Positions 31,467-44,008 of a DNA stretch of 64,000 nt are shown here, in pieces. Made by a program: the position numbers and the translations under genes. The notes under the pieces are model-generated. The model was not told the DNA's origin. It was given only the letters and a program-made list of their open reading frames with translations, and ran no database searches. Origin of the DNA: Amoebidium appalachense (taxonomy: Eukaryota; Protista; Ichthyosporea); NCBI GenBank assembly GCA_963693365.1, contig CAVNZM010000002.1, forward strand, positions 12,580,328 to 12,644,327, written 5' to 3'. Position 1 is the first letter of the stretch. The number at the start of each line of letters is the position of its first letter.

Positions 31467-33383
31467 ATGCCAACTTGCGCGGCTAACTACTGCAAAAATG
31501 ACGAAGAAACAGTCTCTCCCAAAGATCCTACCAGGAAGATAAAGCTTTTTACTGTTCCATATGGATACAAACCAAATGTATTGGCTAGGAGGCATGCTTG
31601 GTTAAATGCTATAGGCAGGCAGGAGCAAACAAAGTATGAGCGGAAACAAATAGCAGAACACACAAAGCAAGCACCCCCCGACCCAGACACACACACAGAC
31701 ACAAGGCCAAAGGCCTCGGATGGGACAGACGTAAATACAGACACAACCACTACTGAGACACACACAGCTGACACACAATCCGAAAATGCCAATGACTCGG
31801 CTGTGCCAGCTGAGCAGTCGGCACAAGAACCACAACCAAAGAGGAAACGGGGGCAACCGAAGGTGGAAGTCCCCTGGCCACTGGCTATCCTTAAGCAACT
31901 GGTTGTATGCGAGGCACATTTCACCGATGATGATATTACTGCTAAGAATGGAAAACTGAAATTAACAAAGGATGCATGTCCCATCCGAATGGAACTAGAC
32001 CCGATGTACAGAGAGAAGGTACAGCTATTGAGGGAGGAAAGGGCCAATAGTCATATGCAAGCTGTAGGAATGGATGCCTCAGATATTGAGCAAACACGGA
32101 AACGAGCGAGGGAGCGGGGGGAGACGAGCAGTGAAGAAGCAGAGGACAGTGAACGAGCGAAAAGAAGGAGGGAACATGTGCGTGAAAGGACATTTGACTA
32201 TCTAGAGTCGAAGGCAGGTGAGGAAGGGATGGATGTAGAGGATTATGTGAATGTCCTGGAACGTTCAAGAGCTTTCTATAAGGAGCAGGCGGAGAAAATG
32301 CAAATCGAACTTGAGATAGCTACGAAGCAATTGGAGGAAAATGAGAAGAAACAAAGATTGGAGAAGAAGGAGCTCGAACAAGCGCTTGATCAAGCGAGGG
32401 AGGAATTACTACAAAACCAGAAAAGAATATGCATGGAGGACATAGTGGCGGAAGAGGAAGGGAAGGCTAGAGATGATGTGGTGAAAACATACACGGGGTT
32501 GGATAGTTTTGATGCTCTCATGGGAGTGCTGGGGATTGTTGCTTTTATTGGCCAATCAACTATAAACATGAATGATTTTAAAACCAAAACAGGAAAGGAA
32601 ATAATATGGCATGATGGATGTCTTTTTACACTTTTTCGCCTCCGCCACGGCACATCCTTCCAACTATTGAGTCGGCTGGTGGATGTGTCAGAACCGAATC
32701 TTTCGCGTATATTCCGCCATTTTCTTGGTGCACTGGCGTTAGCACAGGTTTTTCTATACGAAAAAGCCCCCACCAGAGAGCAACTTTCGAAGTTTAAAGC
32801 CGGTTGCTACACTGGGCAATGGGACGATGTACGGTGGATCATTGATTGCACCGAGGTGTTTGTACAGGTGCCGACAAACCTCCTTCTGAAACGATGTTTC
32901 TACTCAGAGTACAAAAGCAATTACACTCTCAAGTACTTCGGGGGCATCACAACGGATATGAAACTCAGACCGGTGTCCGATGCACATGTGGGGGGGTTCA
33001 AAGACCCGGATCTCACAGGTGTATGCAAGCGTGAATTTGTAGATCAGATAGAAGAGGGGGATGAAATAGCAGCTGATAAAGGGTTTAGAGTGCACGGGCT
33101 AATCATGGAGAAGGGTGCTTCCTTGATATTACCGTCGTTTGTTGAGCATGGGCAGCTAAACGCTGAAGACACCATATATAGCCAAAGACTGTCTAGTGTG
33201 CGCGTGCATGTGGAGAGGGCTTTTGGGCGCATGAAAAATTATCGGCTGTTTAGCAATCAGGTGCAGATGTCGATGGTAGGCACCCATTGGATGGTAGCTA
33301 AGGCTGTGGCTTTCTTGTGTAACATGCAAGAGCCACTATATAAAGATATGGTGGGGCCCGGGCACACCAAAAGCATGGTGTAG
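31467..33383 (+). CDS. THAP-HTH-DDE (DDE_Tnp_4-type) transposase, 638 aa, intronless and uninterrupted
   Basis: THAP: CAANYC..F.VP..W..AI..VVCEAHF..DACP. Coiled-coil region follows. HTH: TLFRLRHGTSFQLLSRLVDVSEPNLSRIF. Catalytic motifs: IIDCTE, YSEYKSNYTLK, AADKGF, RVHVERAFGRMKNY. Confidence 0.93.
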   Translation: MPTCAANYCKNDEETVSPKDPTRKIKLFTVPYGYKPNVLARRHAWLNAIGRQEQTKYERKQIAEHTKQAPPDPDTHTDTRPKASDGTDVNTDTTTTETHTADTQSENANDSAVPAEQSAQEPQPKRKRGQPKVEVPWPLAILKQLVVCEAHFTDDDITAKNGKLKLTKDACPIRMELDPMYREKVQLLREERANSHMQAVGMDASDIEQTRKRARERGETSSEEAEDSERAKRRREHVRERTFDYLESKAGEEGMDVEDYVNVLERSRAFYKEQAEKMQIELEIATKQLEENEKKQRLEKKELEQALDQAREELLQNQKRICMEDIVAEEEGKARDDVVKTYTGLDSFDALMGVLGIVAFIGQSTINMNDFKTKTGKEIIWHDGCLFTLFRLRHGTSFQLLSRLVDVSEPNLSRIFRHFLGALALAQVFLYEKAPTREQLSKFKAGCYTGQWDDVRWIIDCTEVFVQVPTNLLLKRCFYSEYKSNYTLKYFGGITTDMKLRPVSDAHVGGFKDPDLTGVCKREFVDQIEEGDEIAADKGFRVHGLIMEKGASLILPSFVEHGQLNAEDTIYSQRLSSVRVHVERAFGRMKNYRLFSNQVQMSMVGTHWMVAKAVAFLCNMQEPLYKDMVGPGHTKSMV

Positions 33384-33432
33384 AATTTTCGTTTTCGATT
33401 GCCAGTGCCTCTCCCTAAAGCCCCCTTCTCTG

Positions 33433-33524
<92 letters not shown>

Positions 33525-33707
33525 AAAATATGAATGAATGCTTGCATGTATGTATTCGGCCAGTAGGGCTCCACTTTTCCTGTATAGGAAAATAATAATA
33601 ATAATTGAAATTATTATGTATTTGTGTGCCAAGTACAACCTTGAGTCGTTCTCCCCCCCCCCCCCCCCCCCCCCTTCACAAACACACACAACCACGCACA
33701 CACGGAA

Positions 33708-33742
<35 letters not shown>

Positions 33743-33810
33743 CCCACGCATGCATTTGCACACACGCACGCATGCACCCCCCCCCCCCACACACACACAC
33801 ACACACGTGT

Positions 33811-33844
<34 letters not shown>

Positions 33845-34020
33845 GTAGGCACGTATGCAAACACCAAGGGGGGAGGAGGGACCGGGGGGAGGGGGTGGGG
33901 GGGGGGGGGGGGTGGGGGGGGTAGGAAACATATGCAGGCACCAGGGTCTGGTACATTGCTCTCAGATTTGACACACGGTCTTCATTCATTCATTATAGGT
34001 TCACTAGATCGGTCAGAAGA

Positions 34021-34026
34021 TTACTG

Positions 34027-34074
<48 letters not shown>

Positions 34075-34785
34075 ACACATTATGTTGTACTTTGTGCTTC
34101 TGGTAAAAACATCGGCGGGGGTTACAATCACTCCGTACAGTTTGGGAATGCGCACCGCATTAGCGGTCCCAGGGATGACCGCCGCATCCGCAATGCGCAG
34201 TTTGTATACAACCCGCGGGATGTTATACAGAAGAAGGTCGGCATCCTCAGTGACAACAGTGTGTGCCAAACCGGTACGTGCCATATAGGCAAGCTGGGGG
34301 TCTGCTTCGTATGGAGCTACTGTGTAATCGACATTCTCATCTTTCAGTCTAAGGATGATTGCATGTAAAACTCTGTTATCTAACTCTGCAGCGCTTCTCC
34401 ATTTGTTTTTAGTTACCTCCTCCTGTTTCTCTCTTTTTGTGGCTATTTCTTGGCGGGCTTTGACCACCTTTTCTGCACGGTCGTTATCAACTAGTTTTCC
34501 CTCTTTCAATCTGCGCCCATCAAACACATAGTGTGGCTGGACCCCTGCTAGCCTATACGTATTAACTTTGGACATAAAGTGATTTGCAATAGCTGCATAT
34601 GTGTCGTCTGTGACTTTTTTGTCATCTATTTGCTGTTTGGCTACTGTGTCAGCGAAAACTGAAAAGGACTTGTGGACCTGCACCATCCCGTCAAAAGCAA
34701 CTACCCCACGTTGCAACTCTGCAGTAACATCTGTGGCTTTTTCGGCACTAATGCCGAGTGCTGGGAGCAAGCCCTGCACACCCAT
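34021..34785 (-). CDS. EXO1/XPG/FEN1-family 5' nuclease domain inside the transposon (C-terminus truncated or spliced)
   Basis: MGVQGLLP, VAFDG..VHK, HYVFDG..K..R, VAPYEADPQLAYM, VVTEDADLL are the XPG-N/XPG-I signatures, most like EXO1. Similarity ends near 34085 where the ORF runs into a microsatellite. No helix-turn-helix GxDY motif was found. Confidence 0.85.
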
Positions 34786-35259
34786 GGTAAAAGTGCATGT
34801 ATTCAAAGTAGTTTCTTTTCATGAAAAAAATTCTTTCGGGTTGTGCGCCCTCTGCGTTAACGTGCGAACACAAAAATCGTTGTACGGCGTGGGTGCGTAG
34901 CAACGCGTTACGTAATCAGGGGGAAAAAAGGCGGCGCCAGAAAGAAATCGGGGACCACTCAAAATCGCCGATCCCGTATCCCTTAATGTACCTGTACATG
35001 TGCACATGTGCTTGAGTTTTTGGTCTGCTTGTGTGTGGTTTGTGTGTGTGTGTGCGTGTGTTTTGGGGAGGAAGGGAGGGGGGGGGGGGGGGGGGGGGGA
35101 GTTGGGGGAGGAGGAACATGGAAGTAATGACACACTTGAAACAAGAAAACACGCTGGAAACCACAACATTGTGTTTGCACAAATGACAATTGAAACACTC
35201 AGAGGCCACTGGGTCTTAGCTTACCATCACGTGAGGGGGCATCTATGCGTGTACACAAA

Positions 35260-35350
<91 letters not shown>

Positions 35351-35484
35351 TGTGTGCATGGGTGCACATGTTGTACGTGTGCGCGGGCGTGGGTACTCAT
35401 GGCCATAGGTGCTGCGTGTTTTTTTTTTCTTGTGTGTGTGCGCCCGGATATGTATGTGTTGCCTTGGGAGGGGAGGAGGAGGGG

Positions 35485-35535
<51 letters not shown>

Positions 35536-35766
35536 AAAAAGGCAAAATCAAATATGCTGTGTCTGTTTTATTTGTTGACGATACCTGTTGCAAAGTGCCA
35601 AAAAAAGAACAGTTGGGTTATTAAAAAGAGCAGGGTCGGTTGTCCTGTGACTAAAAATCAAGAGAGGTACAAAGAGAGATGATGTGTGGGGAGTGTGTGC
35701 CCGTGTCGTGCGTTTTAAGTGTACACCCATTCGGGTGGTCCGTGCACATACGTGTGTGCCTGCGCA

Positions 35767-35878
<112 letters not shown>

Positions 35879-36085
35879 TGTGTATGTGTGTGTGTTCATG
35901 CGCGTGTGTGGAGGCAATCTGTGTGGCTGCACCAGGCAACACGCGAGTGTGTGCACACATACGTAACCAATGCATATCCTGTTGTGTATTAATGTTGCGA
36001 GTAAAAAAAAAAACCACACCTTGTTGTATTTCGTGAGAAATATATACATCTGTCACCATTCGTCTACCATTCCTTGTTTTCCTTT

Positions 36086-36319
36086 TTATGGTGCAGAAGT
36101 AATACTTGTAACAGACATAGTGTCGCTGTCACTTGCACCCTCCACACTTGGACCCCGCTTTTTCTCATTTTTCGCTGCCATAGCAGCAGCACGTCCTTTC
36201 AATTTGACAGGATGGGCGGGGGGTTTCGTTTCGTAGGCAAATTTTCGCGAATCCAGTTGTAGGGTTACTGGGCCTTCGTTGACAAGGCTAACACTCATCA
36301 TGGCGCCAAATTTGCCGTC

Positions 36320-36350
<31 letters not shown>

Positions 36351-36521
36351 GCGTGTGCGTGTGCGTGTGCGTGCGTGCGTGTCTTGGCCAGCGTGCACAC
36401 CTGCGTGTACATGTGTGGGTTTGTGGGTGTGCATGTGCGTGTGTGTGCATAAGGGTGTAAGTTGCCATATTTGTGTCGGTGTCAGTGGGTGTGTGGGTGG
36501 GTGGAAAAGAGAGACACTGTA

Positions 36522-36564
<43 letters not shown>

Positions 36565-37399
36565 ATGTTTTCGATTGTTTTTGGAGGAGGAGGGGGGAAA
36601 GAGGGGGGAGGGGGGGGGGGGGGGGGGCAGGGGGGGTTCAACCCATTATCACTCGTTTACAAATTTTGTACAACCGCTAGCGATGCAATCATGGAATCTA
36701 GACGTTGAAGGTGTACAAGACTCAAGGCACGCCAGTAGACAGACAAGAGTTTTGAGGGTGAGTTTGCGTGTGTGGGGGGAGGGGGGAGCAGGGGGAGGGG
36801 GGAGGAGGGGGGGGGGGGGGGGGGGGGGGTACACTCAAATTGCTTTAATAAATCTCATGAGCACTCACCTTGGATCTTTGAAGGGTCATAAGCTTTCTTC
36901 ATCATGGCTAGGAAGTTGTTGTACATGGGCTCAGCCCTGTCTTAAAATAAAAGGTTAGCGACCATCACCACCTACCCACCCACCTGCCTCCATCTCATAC
37001 GCTTACCCACCCACACAGGCCCCATTCCCCTCCCCCCTCCCCCCTCCCCTCCCCCTTACCCACCCACCCATCCACCCACACCCACACACCCCCCCCCACA
37101 TCCCCCCCACACCCACACCCACACACCACCCACCCAGCACCCGTGCGCCCTACCCACCCACCCACACCCACATCCCTCCCCCCTCCCCCCTCCCCCCTCT
37201 CCCTCCCCCCTCTTTCCCCCCGGTACCCACCCACCCACCCCCCACCCCCACACCAAATACCCCACCCCCTCCCCCCTCCCCCCCTTCCTTGCTCCCCCCT
37301 CTATCCCTCCCACTCCCCCAACCACCCACCCACCCACCCACCCCATCCCTCCGTACCCACCCATCCCCCCCCCCCCCCCCCCCCTTTCTTCGATACCCA

Positions 37400-37449
<50 letters not shown>

Positions 37450-38282
37450 ACCACCACCACCACCACCACCACCACCACCACCATACACACACACACCCAC
37501 CCACCTTGCCGCCTCCATAGCTTCATGAAAATCCGGTTTATTTCCGTTCAGTTTTGCCCAAAGCGTAAACTGGCTCACACAGAGCACCTCCAGGCCCAGG
37601 TCCTTGACACTCTTTGTCCACATTTTACCCTCCTCATTTTCGAAAATCCGGACACTGAGAATTTTCCGTACACTGAGGAAGAAATTTTCGGAAGTGAGTT
37701 AAGGTCTACCTGTGTTTTTTCTTGGCATGACGTGATAATGACATCGATATTACGTAATTATGAGGTCTATGCTAAGAAAAAAGGCTTCAATATTGCGTAA
37801 TTATGACGTCGGTATAACGTGGCTATGACGTCGTCAATACTGCAAATGGGCGAGGGAGAGGTGGAGAGAGAGGGGGGAGGGGGGGGGGGGGGGGGGGAAG
37901 ATGCATGTATCACAGGAACCACAAGGATATCCCAAGTCTAGAGAAATGTTCAGTGATTGGGAACAATAACGGTGTAAAAAGGTGTAGAAAGGGGTAGAAA
38001 GGGGTAGAAATCTTTAAAATGGTGTAGAAAGGTGTAGAAATCTTTAGAGGTGTAGAAAGGTGTAGAAATTTTTAGAAAGGTGTAGAGCACCACAGACACG
38101 ACTAGCCAGACTTGATAAGGAATTATGGTTGGTTGTTCGTGCTGTGCTCTTCAGGGCCAAGGGTGGCCATATGGGAGAGAGAAAGAGGCAAGGAGGGGGA
38201 GGAGGGGGGGGGGGGGGGGGGGGGGGGAGAGGGGGAGGGGGGAGGGGGGGAAGAGGGTTGGTTTTTTTTTTGTTTTTGTTTT

Positions 38283-38332
<50 letters not shown>

Positions 38333-38434
38333 AGGGACACGTACATGTAATCCATATCAGCCTCCGTCTCATCTTGGCTCAGACCCACAAGCACACACAC
38401 ACCCTTGCCTATCTTGCCCACTATGTCTCCGTCC

Positions 38435-38497
<63 letters not shown>

Positions 38498-38973
38498 ATG
38501 TGTGTACGTGCGTGCGTGCGTGTGTGTGTGTGTGGGTGAATGGGTGGGTGGGGGGGGGGGGGGGGGGGGGGCGCAGGGGGTTAGAGGTTAGTTCTACAGA
38601 AAAGGCATGAAAGTGCTTTTGAGCTGATGCCATATGCAAAAAGGAGTGCAAATCTCATACTGAGGCAGAACACACCAACTTGTTTTTGCGGCTTGAATTG
38701 CAGATTAACTGCAATTTGCTTCCCAAAAGGAACAATAGGCATGGGTGGGTGGGTGGAAGGGGGGAAGGAGGGGGAGCGAGGGGGAGAAGGCTGGACGGTG
38801 GGGGAGCCCCTTCTCCCCCCATCCCCTCCTCCCCCTCCCCCCCTCCCCTCCCCCTGCGGATGCATGAGGGTTATAATTTGGAAGGAGACATCAAGTGACA
38901 AAACACAAAACATCAAAAACATGCAATAACCAGAAATCAAAACGCGGGTGTGTGTGTGTATGTGTGTGTTTGT

Positions 38974-39024
<51 letters not shown>

Positions 39025-39795
39025 GATGATGAAAGATGTACAAGCAGAAGACGAACAGAGCCCATCATCACGGCGGCTTTTGTGTCTCCGAAAGAATGGG
39101 TTTCGAATCTTAAACCTCTTGCACGTGGTTCCCAACCCACACTTTGTTTCAGCGGCAATAGGCGAGTTACCCGAGTCAACCCGATATGGCCAAAGACGAA
39201 CAAAAATGTTCAAGAAGCATCAATCTAAAAGCTCAAAACCCAAAATACACGAAACAATAAATTAAAAGGGAAAACAAACGGAGGGAGGGGGGTGGGGAGG
39301 AGGGGGGAGGGGGGGAAGTTCAAGGTCAACGCCAAGAGAAAGGGTAACAAGTGAGACAGGAGGGATTATGGACAGAGGCAGGAGGGGGGAGTGAGAGAGA
39401 GAAAGGGGGGAGGGGGTGTTAGGGTGCGAGGGGTTAGGGTGGCGATGGAGGAGGGGGGGAAGAGAGAGAGAGGGGGGGGGGGGGGGAGAGAGGGGGGAGA
39501 GGGGGGGGGGAAGAGAGAGGGGGGGGGGAGAGAGGGGGAGAAAGAGGGGGGGGGAGAGAGGGAGGGAGAGAGGGGGGGGGGGGGGGGGGGGAGAGAGGGG
39601 GAGAGAGAGGGAGAGAGAGGGAGGGAGGGAGGGAGGGAGGGAGGGAGGGAGGGAGGGAGGGAGGGAGGCAGGGAGGGAGGCAGGGAAGGAGGGAGGGAGG
39701 GAGGGAGGGAGGGAGGGAGGGAGGGAGGGAGGGAGGGAGGGAGGGAGGGAGGGAGGGAGGGAGGGAGGGAGGGAGGGAGGAGGGAGAGAGAGAGG

Positions 39796-39871
<76 letters not shown>

Positions 39872-40101
39872 GGGTGTGGGGGGAAATCGGAGGGTGTCGG
39901 TGTGAGTATCGGTGTGTGCATCATGTGTGGGTGTACACGGTGTGCTCGAGCGCCTGTGTGCATGCATATGTGCAGGCTCTTGAATGGTTGTACCTTGACT
40001 GCCAGAGGAGGAAAGTGAGACATTGGATGAGTATAAGCAAGTCGTTGTGTACAAGCGTGCGTGGTGTGTGTGTGTGTGTGTGTGTTTATTGGGTGGGTGG
40101 G

Positions 40102-40134
<33 letters not shown>

Positions 40135-40437
40135 GGTGAAAAAAGGTGAGACGGGGGGGGGGGGGGGGGGGGGGGGGAAGCTGTCCAACACGAATGTGCG
40201 AAGAAGGTCATGAGACTGGCTCGCGGGGCCGCCCCGAAGCGGGGGGAAATGGGGGGGGGAGGGAGGGGGGGTGGGAAGGAGAGAGAAAGTTGCCGGGGAG
40301 GAGGGGGAGGAGGGGGGGGGGGGGGGGGGAGAGGGGGAGGGGGGGGGCCTCAAGGGGGGGGGGGGGGGGGAAGGAGAGGGGAGGGTATTGATACCCGTTA
40401 CACTGGCAGAAGAAACACGCTGCAACACCGCCCTCAT
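36086..40437 (-). CDS. DTD1: D-aminoacyl-tRNA deacylase, 5 exons
   Basis: Exons 40437-40395, 38435-38345, 37672-37505, 36936-36869, 36318-36086 join in phase: [69 protein letters not shown]. Confidence 0.96.
37971..38086. repeat. GGTGTAGAAA decamer tandem array in DTD1 intron 2
   Basis: About 10 near-identical copies, directly visible. Confidence 0.85.
39038..39228 (-). ncRNA. Intronic structured RNA repeat, copy D, in DTD1 intron 1
   Basis: Reverse complement matches copy C: CTTGAACA..GTTCGTCTTTGGCC..CGGGTTGACTC..AAAGTGTGGGTT/AACCCATTCTTT..TCGAAAC..GTGATGA TGGGCTCTGTTC. Confidence 0.6.
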
Positions 40438-40554
40438 TTTTTCCAAGTCTTCAGCGTATGCCTCTATCCGTTAGCGCTTCAGAAATTTATGAAAGTCAAA
40501 AAGTTTCCGTTGAACGTTGTGTGTGTGCACGAATTCATATACCAGCTGGGCTCG

Positions 40555-40635
40555 ACGATTGTTTGCGCAACCCCTGCCGTAACGATTGTTTGCGCAATCA
40601 TTATTGTTTGCGCAATCTTTGTTGTTTGCGCAATC
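40555..40635. promoter_or_regulatory. Four TTGTTTGCGCAA repeats (palindromic TTGCGCAA, C/EBP-type consensus) upstream of DTD1
   Basis: TTGCGCAA at ~40563, 40589, 40608 and 40626, 125-200 bp from the DTD1 ATG. Function is inferred. Confidence 0.45.
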
Positions 40636-41491
40636 AGCCTACAACTTCGCAACACCGGACAGCCAGGACCCAACTCTGTTTCCTGCTCCTGTCGTTTATA
40701 AGGGTGACTACAGCCACGCGGCTGAACTAAGGAGGTGAATTCAAAAAAGGAAGTTCTATTCCATGTATCCCCCCCTCCCCCTCCCCCCCCCCCTCCCCCT
40801 CCCCGCCCCCTCCCCCTCCCTCCCCCCCCCCCCCCCAGGCCCCCCTCGCCCCCCCTCCCCCCCCCCCCCCCCCCCCAGTCACGTACACACGCACAGACGC
40901 GGCACACAGACACCAAAGTCTAAAACACATGTGTGCATATGTACCTGCACACAGATGCACATGTGCACACAAGTACACACGCATACACAAGCACGTACAT
41001 GCCAGCTGGCCCACACCGTGGTGACACGCACGCATGCACACGCACATGCTCGTACGCGCAGCGTGGCAGATTTGCACACGCACACACACACGAGCTCACA
41101 CACATACACTCGAGATCAGGTGCATAATGATAAATGCCCTCAAACATGCATGTCATACACACCTGCACGCACACACCGTTCGCGCGCGCACATACATGCA
41201 CACAAGCACACCGTCGGCACTGCACATGTATCACACTCATGCACACACCGTGACCGTCGGCGCGTATGCACACGCGCGCGCACACACATGTACACACGTG
41301 CACAACAACTGTTACTAATTTTAGGCTTTGATTTGAACATCTTCATAAAGGTCTTATTCAGCACCTTGCCTTTTAGAGGGTACCAGCCCCAAGATGCGAG
41401 AAAACGGATTAATTGCGGCAAGCCATGTGAATATTAATACCGTATACGTATTAATAGGGCTGAGGACTAGGGGTTTGGTTTTTTTTTTTTT

Positions 41492-41522
<31 letters not shown>

Positions 41523-42237
41523 GGGGGAGGGGAGGGGGGAGATAGGGGGGAGGGGAGATTTAGGAAGAGAGATCTCGAGGGGTTTTGGGTGTTGCGTTTA
41601 CCTGATTTGCATAATTATAACGGCAGGTTGTAGTCCCTCTATTTTCCCCCTTATCTCCTTTCCCCCAAGAACCCGCGTTCTCTTTGTTGCCTTCTATATG
41701 AGCAGAGTGACGGAACGGGTATAAGAAGTTAAACGGCGAAAAAGAGTGATTTCTTTTTTGGGGGGGGGCGGTGGGGGGGGGGGGGGGGGGGGGGGCTCTT
41801 GTTAGTCGGTAGAATCACCTCTCCTGTTTTCATTCTCGAAGATTTCACACGTTGCTTCATACCCAGAATTTATCTTATTCTTATTCTTATCCGGCTTGTG
41901 TATTTTTATTTTTTGATTATCAGTATAAACATTTTTTGTGGGGCAGGGGTTGGGAGGGGAGGGAGGAAATATGAGTCTTGTTGTCGCAGGGCATTTTGAC
42001 AAAGAATGTGCTTGCCAGGCACCATGATGTGTGAATGTGTGTGTGTATACTTGTGTGTGTAGTGTGTGTGTAGTGTGTGTGTAGTGTGTGTGTGTAGTGT
42101 GTGTGTGTGTAGTGTGTGTGTAGTGTGTGTGTGTAGTGTGTGTGTGTGTAGTGTGTGTGTAGTGTGTGTGTAGTGTGTGTGTGTAGTGTGTGTGTGTGTA
42201 GTGTGTGTGTAGTGTGTGTGTGTGTGTAGTGTGTGTG

Positions 42238-42338
<101 letters not shown>

Positions 42339-42798
42339 TGTGTGTGTAGTGTGTGCGTGTAGTGTGTGTGTGTGTGTGTCTCCTTTTAAATGGCCCCCCG
42401 GGGTGGGTGTGGGTGGGTGTGTGTGTGTGTGTGGGGGGGGGGGGGGAATATTCTCGCGCGCGCGGGCGTATGTGTGTATGTGGTGCAATGGTGTGCATGG
42501 TATGTGAATGCATGCATGTGTGTGTGTGTGAACGTGTGTGCGTACGGGATGTGTGTTTGTGTATCATACGGTACCGTGACGTGTGTATGATGTGAAATGA
42601 TTGATTGCCACGGCGGCTGTGCAACTTCGTGCATGCATATGTGCGTCTGTCAGGTGAGCGGATTCGTGTGCCTATGCATGCACAGGTGTGCTTGTGCGAG
42701 AGACAGTGTATGGCGTGTTTCCATTCAGGTGTCTTATTTTTTTTCTCAGGAAGGGGTGTGTGTGTGTGTGTGTGCGTGGGTGTGGGTGTGTGCGGTGG

Positions 42799-42831
<33 letters not shown>

Positions 42832-43474
42832 ATCATATCATGTTCCACAAAACATAAACTGACGAAGATACACGCCGTCTGAATATTTAAAAGGAATAAT
42901 ATCCTAGCACCTACAGGTACCTACGCTCTGGGTTTAGTTAGGCGAGGGAACTTCGTAAACAGGGACACTCAGTCGACTCATACAAATCTAATTTGACAAA
43001 ATTTGTCACCCGACCTGCTACCGTAAAATAATCTGAAGGCAGTTTCCAGTGATTCCTGTTTTTTATAAGTTTACAATGATATTGTAATGAGTTTTGAAAA
43101 CGTTTGACAAACCATGATAGTACGCGAGTCCTTACAGTTTAAACAGATTGATGCTTTGCAGATGATGTATAAGTTACACTACACAAATGGACCTTGGGTT
43201 TTTCATTCAATCAGAAAACGGGGGCTGGGGAAGGGAGGTGGGGAGAGGGGGACAGGGGGAGAGGGGGGAGCTCGGGGGAGGGGGGAGGCGGGGGGGGGGG
43301 GGGGGGGGAGGCGCAGGGGGAAGTGCGGAACCACGATGGCACTGGACCACTCATGCTACCGAAGTGGGAGTTGGGGGGGGGGGGGGGGGGGGAGGGAGGG
43401 AGGCAGGAGAGAGAGAGAGAGAGAGAGAGGGAGGGAGGGAGAGAAGGGGGGGGGGGGGGGAGAAGAGACGAGAG

Positions 43475-43523
<49 letters not shown>

Positions 43524-43565
43524 GATAGAGGGAGAGAGATAGAGGGAGAGAAGGGGGGGGGGAGA

Positions 43566-43679
<114 letters not shown>

Positions 43680-43834
43680 AGGGGAGTGAGGGGGGGGGTA
43701 GGGGGGGTGGGAAGGGGGAAGCCTTGGACGTGGAGCTTGGCGATGCGCCTCCAGGTCATTCATTGGTGGGAAACCCTCCGTCTCCCCTCCCCAGCCCCTC
43801 CCCCCTCCCCCCCCCCCCCCCCCCCATAGAGACG

Positions 43835-43873
<39 letters not shown>

Positions 43874-43967
43874 GCACACACACAAGGAAGAAGAGGAATT
43901 GATGCACGTGTATTAGTCCAAAGGATCAAATTTTGTCATGAGGTGGCTTGACAATTGAAATCGAAGA

Positions 43968-44008
<41 letters not shown>

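Larger units (their letters stand above)
31249..34982 (+). mobile_element. PIF/Harbinger-ISL2EU-type DNA transposon, ~3.7 kb, two convergent ORFs
   Basis: Perfect TIRs GGGATACGGGATCG (31249-62) and CGATCCCGTATCCC (34969-82). The inverted match extends outward through ATTAA/TTAAT. Subterminal inverted 14-mer CTTTCTGGCGCCGC (31276-89)/GCGGCGCCAGAAAG (34931-44). The TSD could be TTAA, TA or AT because the flanks are palindromic. Confidence 0.9.

Noticed and set aside
34021-34785. Host EXO1 gene
   Set aside because: It lies inside TIRs, is divergent, has no introns across the nuclease domain, and lacks the downstream domains.
31245-34986. piggyBac or Kolobok assignment based on TTAA flanks
   Set aside because: The transposase motifs (IDCTE, ADKGF, VERAFG) are Harbinger/ISL2EU type, and the TSD is ambiguous.
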